A DNA stretch of 64,000 nucleotides from Terriglobia bacterium (lineage in GTDB: Bacteria; Acidobacteriota; Terriglobia; Acidiferrales; UBA7541): assembly GCA_963695545.1 (NCBI GenBank), contig OY968796.1, positions 1,280,001 to 1,344,000 of the forward strand. The letters are read 5' to 3'. Shown here piece after piece: positions 9,980 through 19,722 of the stretch. A program made the translations under genes and the position numbers. The notes under the pieces were generated by a model. It was not told the DNA's origin, did not search any database, and saw only the letters and a program-made list of their open reading frames with translations. Numbering within the stretch: the first letter of the stretch is position 1; the number at the start of each line of letters is the position of its first letter.

Positions 9980-10521
9980 TGGCTGCCGAATCATTCGAGG
10001 GCGTGACTCTCGCGCGCATCGTGCGTCCGCACGGGCTTCGCGGCGAAGTTGCCGCCGAAATCTTGACTGATTTTCCCGAGCGCCTGCCCGATCTCAAGCG
10101 CGTGTGGCTCGCTGACGGGCGGACCGCGCCACGGCCTGTCGCCTCGCTTTCCTGCCGCCTGCACAACGGCCAGGCAATTTTTCTTCTCGAAGGCTCCCAT
10201 TCGATGGACGACGCCGAGCACCTGCGCGGCCTGGAAATTCAGGTGCCGCTGGCCGAGCGCGTGACGTTGGGCGCGGGCCAATATTTCGTTACCGACTTGA
10301 TCGGTTGCGACGTGATTGAAGCCGGCGCCGCCGCGCCGCTCGGCCGCGTGCGCGATGTCGAGCAGTCGGGCGCGCGATCATCCGGCACGCCGTTGCTAGC
10401 CGTCGAAACCGCTGCGGGCGAGTTGCTGATCCCATTCGCCGCGGTCTTTTGCACCGAGATTGATCTCGCCGCGCGCCGCATCGTAGTCTCGCTCCCCGAA
10501 GGTCTCCGCGAGTCGCAATAA
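9979..10521 (+). CDS. rimM: 16S rRNA processing protein RimM
   Basis: PHGLRGEV, DLIGCDV and LLIPF motifs; operon context. Confidence 0.93.
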   Translation: MAAESFEGVTLARIVRPHGLRGEVAAEILTDFPERLPDLKRVWLADGRTAPRPVASLSCRLHNGQAIFLLEGSHSMDDAEHLRGLEIQVPLAERVTLGAGQYFVTDLIGCDVIEAGAAAPLGRVRDVEQSGARSSGTPLLAVETAAGELLIPFAAVFCTEIDLAARRIVVSLPEGLRESQ

Positions 10522-10563
10522 ATCGCCGCGTTGATGTTCGCGCTTCCGATTGCGTTACACTGA

Positions 10564-11415
10564 TTGCCCGTGCGATTCGATATCATCACGATTTTCCCGG
10601 AATTTTTCCGCGGACCGCTCGATTACGGCATCGTGCGCCGCGCGCGCGAGGCCGGCCTCGCGGATATTTCCGTGCACGACCTGCGCGCATTCACCCACGA
10701 TCGCCACAACACCGTGGACGATCGGCCGTTTGGCGGCGGCGAAGGAATGGTGCTAAAGCCCGAGCCGATTTTTGAAGCCGTGGAATCGCTCGCGCCGAAT
10801 GCTTCCGAGCCGGATGAATTGCGGCGAAAAGGCGACGTGATCGTGTTGCTCTCCGCTTCGGGGCGAATGTTTCGTCAAGAAATGGCGCGTAGTTGGTCGC
10901 GCGCCCGCCGCCTCGTGTTAATTTGCGGCCGCTACGAAGGCGTGGATGAGCGCGTGGCCGATCATCTCGCCACCGATGAAATTTCGATCGGCGATTTCGT
11001 GCTCTCCGGCGGAGAATTGGCCGCTGCGCTCGTGCTCGACGCCGTCACGCGACTTCTGCCCGGCGCGCTCGGCAACGAAGCCTCCGCAATTCACGAATCG
11101 TTCAGCGAGCCTGATTCCGTCGCGGGCTCGCATGGCCTCGAGTCGGCTGTCGGCGCGCTCCGCGATGTGCCCGCGTCAGCGCCCCGGCCAAACGCGTCCG
11201 GCTTCCTCGATTGCCCGCACTACACGCGCCCTCCCGAATTTCGCGGCTGGAACGTGCCCGACGTGCTCGTCGGCGGAAACCACGAAGAAATCCGCGCGTG
11301 GCGACGCAAAATGGCGCTCCGCAAAACGCTGCGAAATCGCCCCGATTTGTTGGCCGGCGCCGCGCTCAACGCCGAAGACCGCCGCCTACTGCAGGAATTG
11401 CGCTCCGAGAGCTAA
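10564..11415 (+). CDS. trmD: tRNA (guanine37-N1)-methyltransferase
   Basis: [32 protein letters not shown] and PHYTRP motifs. Confidence 0.97.
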   Translation: MPVRFDIITIFPEFFRGPLDYGIVRRAREAGLADISVHDLRAFTHDRHNTVDDRPFGGGEGMVLKPEPIFEAVESLAPNASEPDELRRKGDVIVLLSASGRMFRQEMARSWSRARRLVLICGRYEGVDERVADHLATDEISIGDFVLSGGELAAALVLDAVTRLLPGALGNEASAIHESFSEPDSVAGSHGLESAVGALRDVPASAPRPNASGFLDCPHYTRPPEFRGWNVPDVLVGGNHEEIRAWRRKMALRKTLRNRPDLLAGAALNAEDRRLLQELRSES

Positions 11416-11449
11416 CGCCGCGACGCGCGCCGCGCGCGTTCTTTAGGAG

Positions 11450-11505
11450 GTGGGAGCTTTAGTTCCCACGTATCCGACCGCGTGGAAAAGGGGCTTTAGC
11501 GCCCG
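11450..11505. repeat. REP-like palindrome pair with CTTTAG loops
   Basis: gtgggagc-ttta-gttcccac (11450-11469) and ggggctttagcgcccg (11490-11505), between convergent genes. Confidence 0.5.
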
Positions 11506-11515
11506 AAACAAGTTG

Positions 11516-12490
11516 TTAGTGTTGCGCCGCGGGGAGCGCGGCCGTGGCGTCGTGCGCGAGTTTCGCTACGCGCGCAGCGCACGCCGCATCTGAGGGCGGG
11601 ACTTGCCTCGCCGCGCGATAATAATCGGCGGCGGATTCGTTGTGGCCGAGTTCGCTTTCGAGATTTCCCATCAGCAAAGCGAATGTTGGATTCGTCGGAT
11701 ATTCCTTCACCAGCGGCGTCAGCACGTCCAAAGCCTGCGCGTAATCGAAATCGTAAGTGCGCAAGTTTTTGGCCAGATAAAATCGCGCCTCGACTCCCGT
11801 CAGCGGCCCGTCGTTCATCGCGATCTTCAATTGGCGGATGCCTTCCTGCTTGTCTCCTCCCGGAATCCCCATGAAAAATCGCAGCACGCGTGCCATGGCC
11901 GAAAGCGTGTCCACGTAATAGTTGTAAAGGCCCAGGCCGGTGTAGGCGTCCGTCATTTGAGGATCTAGCGCGATGCAGCGCAACAGATGTTGTCTCGCCG
12001 CGATTCCCGCGCGCGCCGTGCCGCTGCGATCGTCGCGCAGCCCGAGCAGCCGCGCCCGAAGCAGATATCCCGTCCCGGCGTAGAGTTCCATTTCCGCGGT
12101 GTCGTGCTGCGCGATCGAGGCCTCGGCAAGATTGATGGCCTTCGTCGACAACGCGAGATACGGATCATCGTCGGAAATCCTGGGACGGCGCCACGCGTCG
12201 ATGAATCCCCATTTGATTTCGCAGGATTGGCAGTAGATTTCCCACCAGCGCGCGTCGGCCTCAAGCAGATATGGCAATGGGTCGTTCGGCTCCTGCTGTT
12301 CGAGGCGCGAAAAAAGCGCCCGCGCCGCGTCGCTTTGCCCGCTGTAAAGTAATTTCAATCCGTCAGTCGCTTCCGGCGGCAAATTCAAGGGTGCCGCGCG
12401 CGTCTGCGGCGCAATGCCGAGCGTCAAAGCCAAGCACGCCGCAAGACACATCAAATACGTGCGCAAGCGCTTGCCTCGAAGCAGGCCCAT
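11516..12490 (-). CDS. Secreted TPR-repeat protein
   Basis: C-terminal part of the 698-aa ORF; signal peptide (CLAACLALTLGIAPQTRA) and TPR-like helices (DAYTGLGLYNYY); start uncertain. Confidence 0.75.
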   Translation of the reverse strand: MGLLRGKRLRTYLMCLAACLALTLGIAPQTRAAPLNLPPEATDGLKLLYSGQSDAARALFSRLEQQEPNDPLPYLLEADARWWEIYCQSCEIKWGFIDAWRRPRISDDDPYLALSTKAINLAEASIAQHDTAEMELYAGTGYLLRARLLGLRDDRSGTARAGIAARQHLLRCIALDPQMTDAYTGLGLYNYYVDTLSAMARVLRFFMGIPGGDKQEGIRQLKIAMNDGPLTGVEARFYLAKNLRTYDFDYAQALDVLTPLVKEYPTNPTFALLMGNLESELGHNESAADYYRAARQVPPSDAACAARVAKLAHDATAALPAAQH

Positions 12491-12601
12491 TAGACGCGCA
12501 TCCTCGAACACAACGAAGACAACGCACACGATTGTAAACCGCTCGCCCGCCGCCGCGCGAATCGCTGGTCTTATTGCGCCGCGCAAGCCATCTGCTATGC
12601 T

Positions 12602-13987
12602 TTGAAACGTTTTTCCGCCGCCGTGAACACTCCCGCCAAAACCGGATCGCTCGTGCGTGGCCTCGGACTGAAAGAAGCCGTCGCGCTCAACATGATCGAT
12701 ATGGTGGGCATCGGTCCCTTCATCGTTACTCCGCTTGTGGCGCAGGCCATGGGCGGTCCGCAATGTTTGCTCGCTTGGGTTGTCGGCGCGGCCATGGCGC
12801 TTCTCGATGGTTTCGTTCCCGCCGAATTGGGCGCCGCGATGCCGGAAGCTGGCGGCACGTATGTTTTTCTGCGCGAAGCGTATGGCCCCGGCCGCTGGGG
12901 CCGTTTGATGTCGTTTCTGTTTATCTGGCAGACGGTGATTCAAGCGCCGCTGGTGCTGGCTTCGGGCGCCATCGGATTCTCGCAGTATTTCACGTATCTC
13001 GTGCCGCTCGGTCGCTACGGTCAGAAGGCCGTGTCCGCCGGAATTGTGGCGCTGCTGGTTGTCTTGCTCTATCGCCGCATCACGTCCATTGGGCGGATAT
13101 CGCTGTTTCTGTGCGCGGGCGCGGTGGGCACTTTGATCTGGCTCATCTGGGGCGGCGCCACGCATTTTCACGCGCACCTCGCGTTCACCTATCCGCCCGG
13201 CGCTTGGAATCTGAATGTGGTGTTCTTCGCCGGACTCGGCGCGGCCACGGTCAACACCGTGTACAGCTATTTGGGCTACTACAATATTTGCCAAATCGGC
13301 GGAGAGATCCGAGATCCCCAGCGCAACATTCCGCGCGGAATTTTCATTTCCATCGTGGGCATCACCGTCCTGTACCTCGCGATGCAAACCGCGATTTTCG
13401 GCGTGCTTCCGTGGCGCGAAGTCGCGAACTCGCACTTCATCGTGAGTACCTTTATCGAGCGCCTCTACGGTTCGCGCGCGGCGCAAGTGGCGACCGTGCT
13501 GATTCTTTGGACCGCGTTTTCGTCGCTGTTTTCCGGCCTGTTGAGCTATTCGCGCGTTCCCTACGCCGCCGCGCTCGACGGCAATTTCCTCCCGATCTTC
13601 GCGCGCCTGCATCCCAAGAAAAAATTCCCATACGTTTCGTTGCTATTTCTCGGAGGCGTGTCGCTGATTTTCAGCGTTTTGTTTCGCCTTTCCGATGTGA
13701 TCAAGGCCATCCTCGCCATGCGCTTGCTCGTGCAGTTCATCGGACAAGCCGTCGGCTTAATGCGATTGCATCGCCGCTGGCCGGCCGCGCGATTTCCGTT
13801 CAAAATGTGGCTCTACCCGGTTCCCGCCGTGGCCGCGGTCATCGGCTGGGCGGCCTTATTTTTGGCCACAGGCAAAATTTTCGTCGTGGGAGGCCTCGCG
13901 ATGATCGCGCTTGGCGTGCTGATTTATTTGGCGCGCGCTCGCTGGCAACACGAATGGCCGTTCCGTCAGAGTATCGCCTCGCCCTGA
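12602..13987 (+). CDS. APC family amino acid permease
   Basis: MVGIGPF, AELGAAMPEAGGTYVFLREAYG and GGEIRDPQRNIPR motifs; many TM segments. Confidence 0.92.
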   Translation: MKRFSAAVNTPAKTGSLVRGLGLKEAVALNMIDMVGIGPFIVTPLVAQAMGGPQCLLAWVVGAAMALLDGFVPAELGAAMPEAGGTYVFLREAYGPGRWGRLMSFLFIWQTVIQAPLVLASGAIGFSQYFTYLVPLGRYGQKAVSAGIVALLVVLLYRRITSIGRISLFLCAGAVGTLIWLIWGGATHFHAHLAFTYPPGAWNLNVVFFAGLGAATVNTVYSYLGYYNICQIGGEIRDPQRNIPRGIFISIVGITVLYLAMQTAIFGVLPWREVANSHFIVSTFIERLYGSRAAQVATVLILWTAFSSLFSGLLSYSRVPYAAALDGNFLPIFARLHPKKKFPYVSLLFLGGVSLIFSVLFRLSDVIKAILAMRLLVQFIGQAVGLMRLHRRWPAARFPFKMWLYPVPAVAAVIGWAALFLATGKIFVVGGLAMIALGVLIYLARARWQHEWPFRQSIASP

Positions 13988-13995
13988 TCGCGCCC

Positions 13996-14691
13996 ATGTC
14001 CTCTGATCTCGATCCCGCGTTCGTGCGCATCCCCGAAGGCTGGTTCCAAATGGGCTGCGCCGAAGGCCGCGACGACGAAAAACCCGTGCATCGCATTTGG
14101 GTGGATGCGTTCGAGTTCGCCACGACACAAGTGACGCGCGCCGAATACGCCCGTTTCCTCGCTGCGACGGGCCATCCCGCCACGCGCGATTGGGACGATC
14201 CCAACTTCAGCGATCCGCAACAGCCTGTGGTTTCGCCGTCGTGGTTTGACGCCGAAGCCTATTGCCGTTGGCTCAGCCACGAGACCGGCCACAACTATCG
14301 TTTGCCCACCGAAGCCGAATGGGAGCGCGCGGCGCGCGGCGGCGCCGAAGGCAAACTCTATACGTGGGGCGACGCGCCGCCGGAATCTCAGACCGACTAC
14401 GCCGCGCGCTGGAAGAATGGCCCTGAGCGCGTTGCGCAGTACGCGCCAAACGCCTTCGGCCTTTATGACATCGGCGACAACGTGCACGAATGGTGCGCGG
14501 ATTGGTACGACGCCGCGTACTACACCCATTCGACGGAGCGCAATCCGCAAGGCCCGTCCGGCGGGACGCGTCGCGCGTCACGCGGCGGCTCCTGGCGCCA
14601 CCAGATCAAAATTTCGCGCGTGGCCGCGCGCTCGAGCATCCCTCCCGAATTTGAATACGCCGATTACGGCTTCCGCATCGCGCGTTCTTGA
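13996..14691 (+). CDS. FGE-sulfatase (SUMF1/EgtB-like) domain protein
   Basis: FQMG, RLPTEAEWERAARGG, NAFGLYD, RGGSW and GFRIA motifs. Confidence 0.9.
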   Translation: MSSDLDPAFVRIPEGWFQMGCAEGRDDEKPVHRIWVDAFEFATTQVTRAEYARFLAATGHPATRDWDDPNFSDPQQPVVSPSWFDAEAYCRWLSHETGHNYRLPTEAEWERAARGGAEGKLYTWGDAPPESQTDYAARWKNGPERVAQYAPNAFGLYDIGDNVHEWCADWYDAAYYTHSTERNPQGPSGGTRRASRGGSWRHQIKISRVAARSSIPPEFEYADYGFRIARS

Positions 14692-14832
14692 AACCGCGCG
14701 GTGTGTAAGCGGGGTGCAAGATGATGATCGGTTGCCCTTTGGTCACGCAGCATTGCTCCGCGCGGCGCGCCCCTCGATATCGGTGCTATCTTCACTCTGC
14801 GGAGTTTCGCGGAACCACATCGGGGGAAACAC

Positions 14833-15423
14833 ATGAAGGGATTTTGGAACATCGTATTTTTGCTGCCGCTCGCCATCGCGCTGGGCGTTCTGCCAGCGGC
14901 GGCGCAGAAGCAAAAGAAACAGAAATCTACTCCGACCGATACCACCGCCCCCGCGCCGGCTCCTCTGCCCGACGACAAGCGAATCGACGAAGACATTTCC
15001 GAGATGCTCGGCTACTGGCAGCTCGGCATGGTCGATCAGATGCAAAAATATTATTCGCCCGATGTGATCGTGGTCAGTGGAGCGTTTGAGCCGCCGGTTT
15101 CTGGATGGACGGCCTACGTCACCGCGTACCAGGCGATGCGCGCGCGAATCCAAGGCGGTCAGCTCGATCGCACCAACACGTTCATCAAGGTCCAAGGAGC
15201 GAGCGCCTGGGCCACTTATCAGTGGGAATATTTCGCCACCATCGACGGGAACCAGGACGACATTCGCGGACACACCACGCTGGTCTTTGAAAAACAGGGT
15301 GACGATTGGCTGATCGCGCTCGACCACACTTCGGTCGTTTCAAACACTCCGCAGAAGCCGCCCAGCCAGGTCGCCGCGCCCGCCCCGCCGCCAACCGCGA
15401 ATCCCGCGCCCGGTCCGCAATAG
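14833..15423 (+). CDS. Secreted NTF2/SnoaL-like (DUF4440-like) protein
   Basis: Signal peptide; TLVFEKQGDDWLIALDHTS C-terminal NTF2-like motif. Confidence 0.75.
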   Translation: MKGFWNIVFLLPLAIALGVLPAAAQKQKKQKSTPTDTTAPAPAPLPDDKRIDEDISEMLGYWQLGMVDQMQKYYSPDVIVVSGAFEPPVSGWTAYVTAYQAMRARIQGGQLDRTNTFIKVQGASAWATYQWEYFATIDGNQDDIRGHTTLVFEKQGDDWLIALDHTSVVSNTPQKPPSQVAAPAPPPTANPAPGPQ

Positions 15424-15457
15424 CTCTCCGCGCCAGAAGGCGCAGCGAACCGCCGCC

Positions 15458-15742
15458 CTAGAAGCTCTTAAATCCCTGATAGAGCCACAGGCCCAGGCTT
15501 GCAAGAAACAGCACGCCTGAGAGCACAGCAAGCGTAACGATAGGCGCCCTGGTCTTCGCAATCTTCTGGAACATCACTTGCTGATCTGCCGCGACGTGCT
15601 CTTCGCCCGGTGCCAGAAAGAGCTGGTCGTCTTCCCTCACGGAAAGGCCCCAGCGGTAAAGAGAGAGGACCAACAGCGCCGCGGTTACCACACCCCAAGC
15701 CACAAACAAGCAGAACAACGGGGTCCATTGCACATTGTCCAT
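15458..15742 (-). CDS. Hypothetical two-TM membrane protein
   Basis: GGAGG SD; two hydrophobic helices flanking EDDQLFL. Confidence 0.65.
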   Translation of the reverse strand: MDNVQWTPLFCLFVAWGVVTAALLVLSLYRWGLSVREDDQLFLAPGEEHVAADQQVMFQKIAKTRAPIVTLAVLSGVLFLASLGLWLYQGFKSF

Positions 15743-15943
15743 GGTTTCCTCCCGGCAGATCGGGCGCTTGTTCAAAGCGCCGGGGGTGGGGACGCAGCGC
15801 CGCTCTGCCTTAGTTTCTAACTATGCGCGGAGTATACACCCGGAGGGCGCGAGTAATGACGCGGAGATAATCCTGGCGCTCCAAGGGCAGCCGCGGCTCC
15901 TATCAGCCAGAAAGCAGGCCCTTTGCCGGGTTCGGCGGCAACG

Positions 15944-16762
15944 CTAACGGTTGCGTCTCCGGGCCACCGATTGCATAAGGGCGCGATTCAACCACGGCAG
16001 AAACCTTTCCATGGCCACAAATATCTTGCCGTGCAAAGTGATGATGCGCTCCCGCTTGCCTCGCGCCACGGCGCTCAGAATCTGGCGCGCCGCACGCGGA
16101 GTGCTCATCTGAAGCCAAGCCGGTACATTACTCTTCGCCTCGGGATGAAACTTTCCGTATTTATCGACGCGCTGGATATCGCTCACGACGAAACCCGGGC
16201 TGATCAGTGTGACCTTCACTCCGAGAGGCCGCAGCTCCGGAGTGATGGCGTTGGCGAGCGAGCGAAGCGCAAATTTGCTCATGGAGTATGGCGAGCCGTT
16301 CGGAGTCGAGAACCAGCCGGCCACGCTCGAGATGATCACCAGGTTTCCCTTGGCCTTTTCGATTTCCGGCCGTGCCGCATAGATCGTGCGCAGCACGCCG
16401 AAGACATTGGTTTCAAATTGCCGCCGGTAATCCTCGATCGAAAGGCTTTTGAGCGCGCCCACCACGCCAAAGCCCGCATTGGCGATCGCAACGTCCAGCC
16501 GTCCCCATTTGCCGACCGTGGCCTCAACGGCTCGCTCGAGGTCGCCGTCGCGCGCCACGTCGCACTCGACCGCGAGCGTATCGGAAGTTCCTAGCGCCGC
16601 GATTCTTTGCGCAAGTTTTTCCAGGCGATCCTTCCGCCGCGCGGCCAGCGTGATCTTCGCGCCCGCTTGCGCCAACTGCCACGCCAACTCTTCCCCAATG
16701 CCGGAAGAGGCGCCCGTGATCAGCGCGACTTTGTCTCGAAAATAGGAGCGCGTATTGCTCAT
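15944..16762 (-). CDS. Short-chain dehydrogenase/reductase
   Basis: TGASSGIG, ANAG and YSMSK catalytic motifs. Confidence 0.93.
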   Translation of the reverse strand: MSNTRSYFRDKVALITGASSGIGEELAWQLAQAGAKITLAARRKDRLEKLAQRIAALGTSDTLAVECDVARDGDLERAVEATVGKWGRLDVAIANAGFGVVGALKSLSIEDYRRQFETNVFGVLRTIYAARPEIEKAKGNLVIISSVAGWFSTPNGSPYSMSKFALRSLANAITPELRPLGVKVTLISPGFVVSDIQRVDKYGKFHPEAKSNVPAWLQMSTPRAARQILSAVARGKRERIITLHGKIFVAMERFLPWLNRALMQSVARRRNR

Positions 16763-16826
16763 GCCGATATCTTACGGCAACCGCCTGCGTGGAGCGCCCT
16801 GCCTTGCAGGTCTTCCCGCCGCTGCG

Positions 16827-16855
16827 TTGACAAGCGCGCGGGGCGTGGGCAGAAT
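16827..16855 (+). promoter_or_regulatory. Sigma70-type promoter of tRNA-Leu
   Basis: TTGACA-17nt-CAGAAT. Confidence 0.6.
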
Positions 16856-16883
16856 GAACTTGCTTCGCTTTGCCGCGCATTGT

Positions 16884-16970
16884 GCCCAAGTGGCGGAACT
16901 GGCAGACGCACTAGATTCAGGTTCTAGCGTTCGCAAGGACGTGGGGGTTCGAATCCCTCCTTGGGCACCA
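16884..16970 (+). tRNA. tRNA-Leu(CAG)
   Basis: Cloverleaf with anticodon arm ctaga-ttCAGgt-tctag, long variable arm, GTTCGAAT T-loop and encoded CCA. Confidence 0.96.
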
Positions 16971-17123
16971 CTTTCCGGCGATATTTTTCCGCATTCTGCG
17001 CCAAAACATGAAAGCCGCCGCGTGCAGTGAGGCGCCGCGTCCTGGCGCGCCCCGGCACAGCGCGGCGCACAGCATGATAAGATGAGCGGCGATGCTCGAT
17101 AAATTTAGCGTCGGAAAAATTTG

Positions 17124-18014
17124 ATGTCCGATAAATTCACCGTCGGCCTTGTGCAGATGCGTTCGGGGCCGGACGCGGAAGAAAATCTGGCGCGCGCGGT
17201 CGCGAAAATTCGCGAGGCGGCGTCGCGCGGCGCGCAGATCGTGTGTCTGCCGGAACTGTTTCGTTCGCCGTATTTCTGCCGCGAGGAAAACGCCGACCTC
17301 TTTGCGCTGGCCGAATCGATTCCGGGCCCGACCACCGAGCGGCTTGCTGCGGTGGCGCGCGAGCGAAACGTCGTGCTGGTCGTTTCGGTTTTCGAGCGGC
17401 GCGGCGCGGGCGTCTATCACAATTCCGCCGCGATCATCGATGCCGACGGCACGCTCGTGGGCCGCTACCGCAAGATGCACATTCCGGAAGATCCGCTCTA
17501 TTTCGAGAAATTTTATTTCACCCCGGGCGATTTGGGATTTCCGAGTTTTCCGACGCGCTACGGCCGCGTCGGCGTGCAGATTTGCTGGGACCAGTGGTAT
17601 CCCGAGGGCGCGCGGTTGATGAGTTTGTCGGGCGCGCAAATTCTTTTTTATCCCACGAGCATTGGCTGGCACCCGTCGGAAAAAGCCGAGTTCGGCGCGG
17701 CGCAACTCGATGCCTGGCGCACCATTCAGCGCGCGCACGCGATTGCCAACGGCGTGTACGTCGCGGTGGTGAATCGCGTGGGATTCGAGGGGCCGCCCGA
17801 GGCGGGCTTGGAATTTTGGGGCCACTCGTTTGTGGTCGATCCGTTTGGGCAAGTTCTGGCCGAGGCGCCGGCGGACGACGAAGCGATCCTCGTGGTGGAG
17901 TGCGATCCCGCGAAGAGCGAAGAAACGCGGCGCAATTGGCCGTTTTTCCGCGACCGGCGGATTGACGCGTATCAGCCGATCCTGGAACGCTGGCTCGGCG
18001 AGAGTTTGCCGTAG
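17124..18014 (+). CDS. aguB: N-carbamoylputrescine amidase (carbon-nitrogen hydrolase)
   Basis: LPELF, YRKMHIP and ICWDQWYPE (E-K-C triad); adjacent to agmatine deiminase. Confidence 0.88.
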   Translation: MSDKFTVGLVQMRSGPDAEENLARAVAKIREAASRGAQIVCLPELFRSPYFCREENADLFALAESIPGPTTERLAAVARERNVVLVVSVFERRGAGVYHNSAAIIDADGTLVGRYRKMHIPEDPLYFEKFYFTPGDLGFPSFPTRYGRVGVQICWDQWYPEGARLMSLSGAQILFYPTSIGWHPSEKAEFGAAQLDAWRTIQRAHAIANGVYVAVVNRVGFEGPPEAGLEFWGHSFVVDPFGQVLAEAPADDEAILVVECDPAKSEETRRNWPFFRDRRIDAYQPILERWLGESLP

Positions 18015-18080
18015 TGCGACCGCGCGGCCGCGGGCCTGGCCCGCTCCTGAATTGCCAACCTTTCGACTCGCCGTGACCCA

Positions 18081-19187
18081 ATGACGCCTTCCAAAACTCC
18101 ACGCGCAACGCCACATTCTCTGGGTTATCGCATGCCCGCCGAATGGGAGCCGCACGAAGCCACGTGGCTCGGTTGGCCGCACGAGCGGACGGATTGGCCT
18201 GGCAAATTCGCGCCGATTCCGTGGGTGTACGCGGAAATCGTGCGGCACCTGGCGCGCGTGGAGCGCGTGCGCATTCTGGTGGAAGGAAAAGAGGCGGAGA
18301 TTGCGGCGCGGCGCGTGCTTGTGAAATCGGGCGCCGATCTCGCGGCCGTGGAATTTTCGAGCGTGCCCACGAATCGCGGCTGGACGCGCGATTCCGGGCC
18401 GATATTCGTGAAGAACGACGCCGGCGAAATCGCGATCACGCATTGGAAATTCAATGCGTGGGCCAAGTATGACGATTTTCAGAAGGACGCCGCAGTTGTG
18501 ACGCGATTGAACCGGCGCCTCGACTTGCCGCTGTGGCAGCCGGAGGCGGTGTGGGCGCCGGATGCGAAACCGCGGCGCGTGGTGCTTGAAGGCGGCAGCA
18601 TCGAAGTGAATGGGCGCGGAACGCTGCTGACGACCGAAGAGTGTTTGCTGAGTCCGGTGCAGGCGCGCAATCCGGGGATGGCGCGCGAGGAAATCGAAAG
18701 CGTGCTGCGCGATTTTCTCGGCGCGACGCACGTGCTGTGGCTGCGCAATGGAATCGCGGGCGACGACACGCACGGCCACGTGGACGACCTCGCGCGCTTT
18801 GTTGATGCGTCGACCGTGGTCACGGTGGTCGAGCGCGATCCCACCGAAGCGAATTACGCGTCGCTGCAGGAAAATCTCGCGTTGCTCAAAGCCATGAAAG
18901 ACGAATCGGGGCGCGCGCTGCGCATCGAGACGCTGCCTATGCCGGAAGCGGTATTTTTTGCCGGGCAACGCTTGCCCGCGAGCTACGCGAATTTTTATAT
19001 CGCGAATCGCGTGGTGCTGGTCCCTACGTTCAGCGACGCGAATGATCGCGTGGCTTTGGCCACGCTGGCCTCGCTTTTCCCCGATCGCGAGATTATCGGC
19101 ATTCCGTGCCGCGATCTTGTTCTGGGCCTCGGCACCATTCATTGCATGACGCAGCAGCAGCCCGCCGCCGGTTCTGGCGCGATCTAA
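18081..19187 (+). CDS. aguA: Agmatine deiminase
   Basis: MPAEWEPH, WTRDSGP, LEGGSI, DDTHGHVD and GTIHCMTQQ motifs. Confidence 0.93.
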   Translation: MTPSKTPRATPHSLGYRMPAEWEPHEATWLGWPHERTDWPGKFAPIPWVYAEIVRHLARVERVRILVEGKEAEIAARRVLVKSGADLAAVEFSSVPTNRGWTRDSGPIFVKNDAGEIAITHWKFNAWAKYDDFQKDAAVVTRLNRRLDLPLWQPEAVWAPDAKPRRVVLEGGSIEVNGRGTLLTTEECLLSPVQARNPGMAREEIESVLRDFLGATHVLWLRNGIAGDDTHGHVDDLARFVDASTVVTVVERDPTEANYASLQENLALLKAMKDESGRALRIETLPMPEAVFFAGQRLPASYANFYIANRVVLVPTFSDANDRVALATLASLFPDREIIGIPCRDLVLGLGTIHCMTQQQPAAGSGAI

Positions 19188-19232
19188 GCCCCGAAAAGTC
19201 CCGGCCCCCTATACACCCCCGGTATGTTTTGC

Positions 19233-19360
19233 GTAAGTATTGCAAACAAAGGGGATGCAGGAAAAGAGTGCGGATGAGTGTGAAAACAAAGGGATGTAAT
19301 GTGTTTTGTTTTGAATGAGTTGCGCACTCTTTTGCAAGAGATTGAAAACAAAGGGGCTGC
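19233..19360. repeat. AT-rich array of AAACAAAG(GG)-core repeats forming a long imperfect palindrome
   Basis: Three direct copies and one inverted copy; 11-bp inverted repeat at 19262-19272/19323-19333. Confidence 0.7.
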
Positions 19361-19467
19361 AGAGCGGGTTGGATGCAGATGAGCGCAGGGATTGGCGAGG
19401 ATGGTTACGCGCGACGGTACGTGGACGCGAGGAGGGAGGGGCGTTTCGAGGAGTTGTTGCGTCTTCA

Positions 19468-19532
19468 TACCACCTTATAGCATAAGAGTCAATACGGGTC
19501 AAGAGTATTGTATGAGTATAGTATTCGAATAG
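19468..19532 (-). promoter_or_regulatory. Promoter cassette copy A: TATTCGAATA palindrome, sigma70 promoter and leaderless ATG
   Basis: TTGACC (19502-19497)-17nt-TATAAG (19479-19474) with TG extension; ATG 5 nt downstream. Confidence 0.6.
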
Positions 19533-19575
19533 AATTCGCAGGGTGGTCGTTTGAGCCGTTCGAAAAGACTGTGTC

Positions 19576-19722
19576 GCCCCTACGGGGCTGGTTATGGAAT
19601 GAGCCGCGATTTTGGCTCGAGCGGATGCGTGTTAGGTCGGCGCTGCAGATTGAAGCGGATGCGTTGGGGCCGGCGGCGTTTCCGGCGCAAAGGCAAGATG
19701 GAGGCCTAAAGGCCTCCGCTAC
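19576..19722. repeat. GTAG-type REP-like palindromes
   Basis: Minus strand reads GTAGCGGAGGCCTTTAGGCCTCC (19700-19722); gcccc-tac-ggggc at 19576-19588. Confidence 0.55.

Noticed and set aside
11516..14691. 698-aa (-) and 705-aa (+) ORFs as fusion proteins
   Set aside because: Only the C-terminal parts (TPR protein and FGE-domain protein) look real; the extensions overlap the APC permease in other frames
16917..19142. 741-aa minus-strand ORF
   Set aside because: Antisense shadow of aguB-aguA and tRNA-Leu; Arg/His-rich with no motifs, as expected in high-GC coding DNA
19233..19360. CRISPR array
   Set aside because: Units are degenerate, short and in mixed orientation; no unique spacers of constant length and no cas genes
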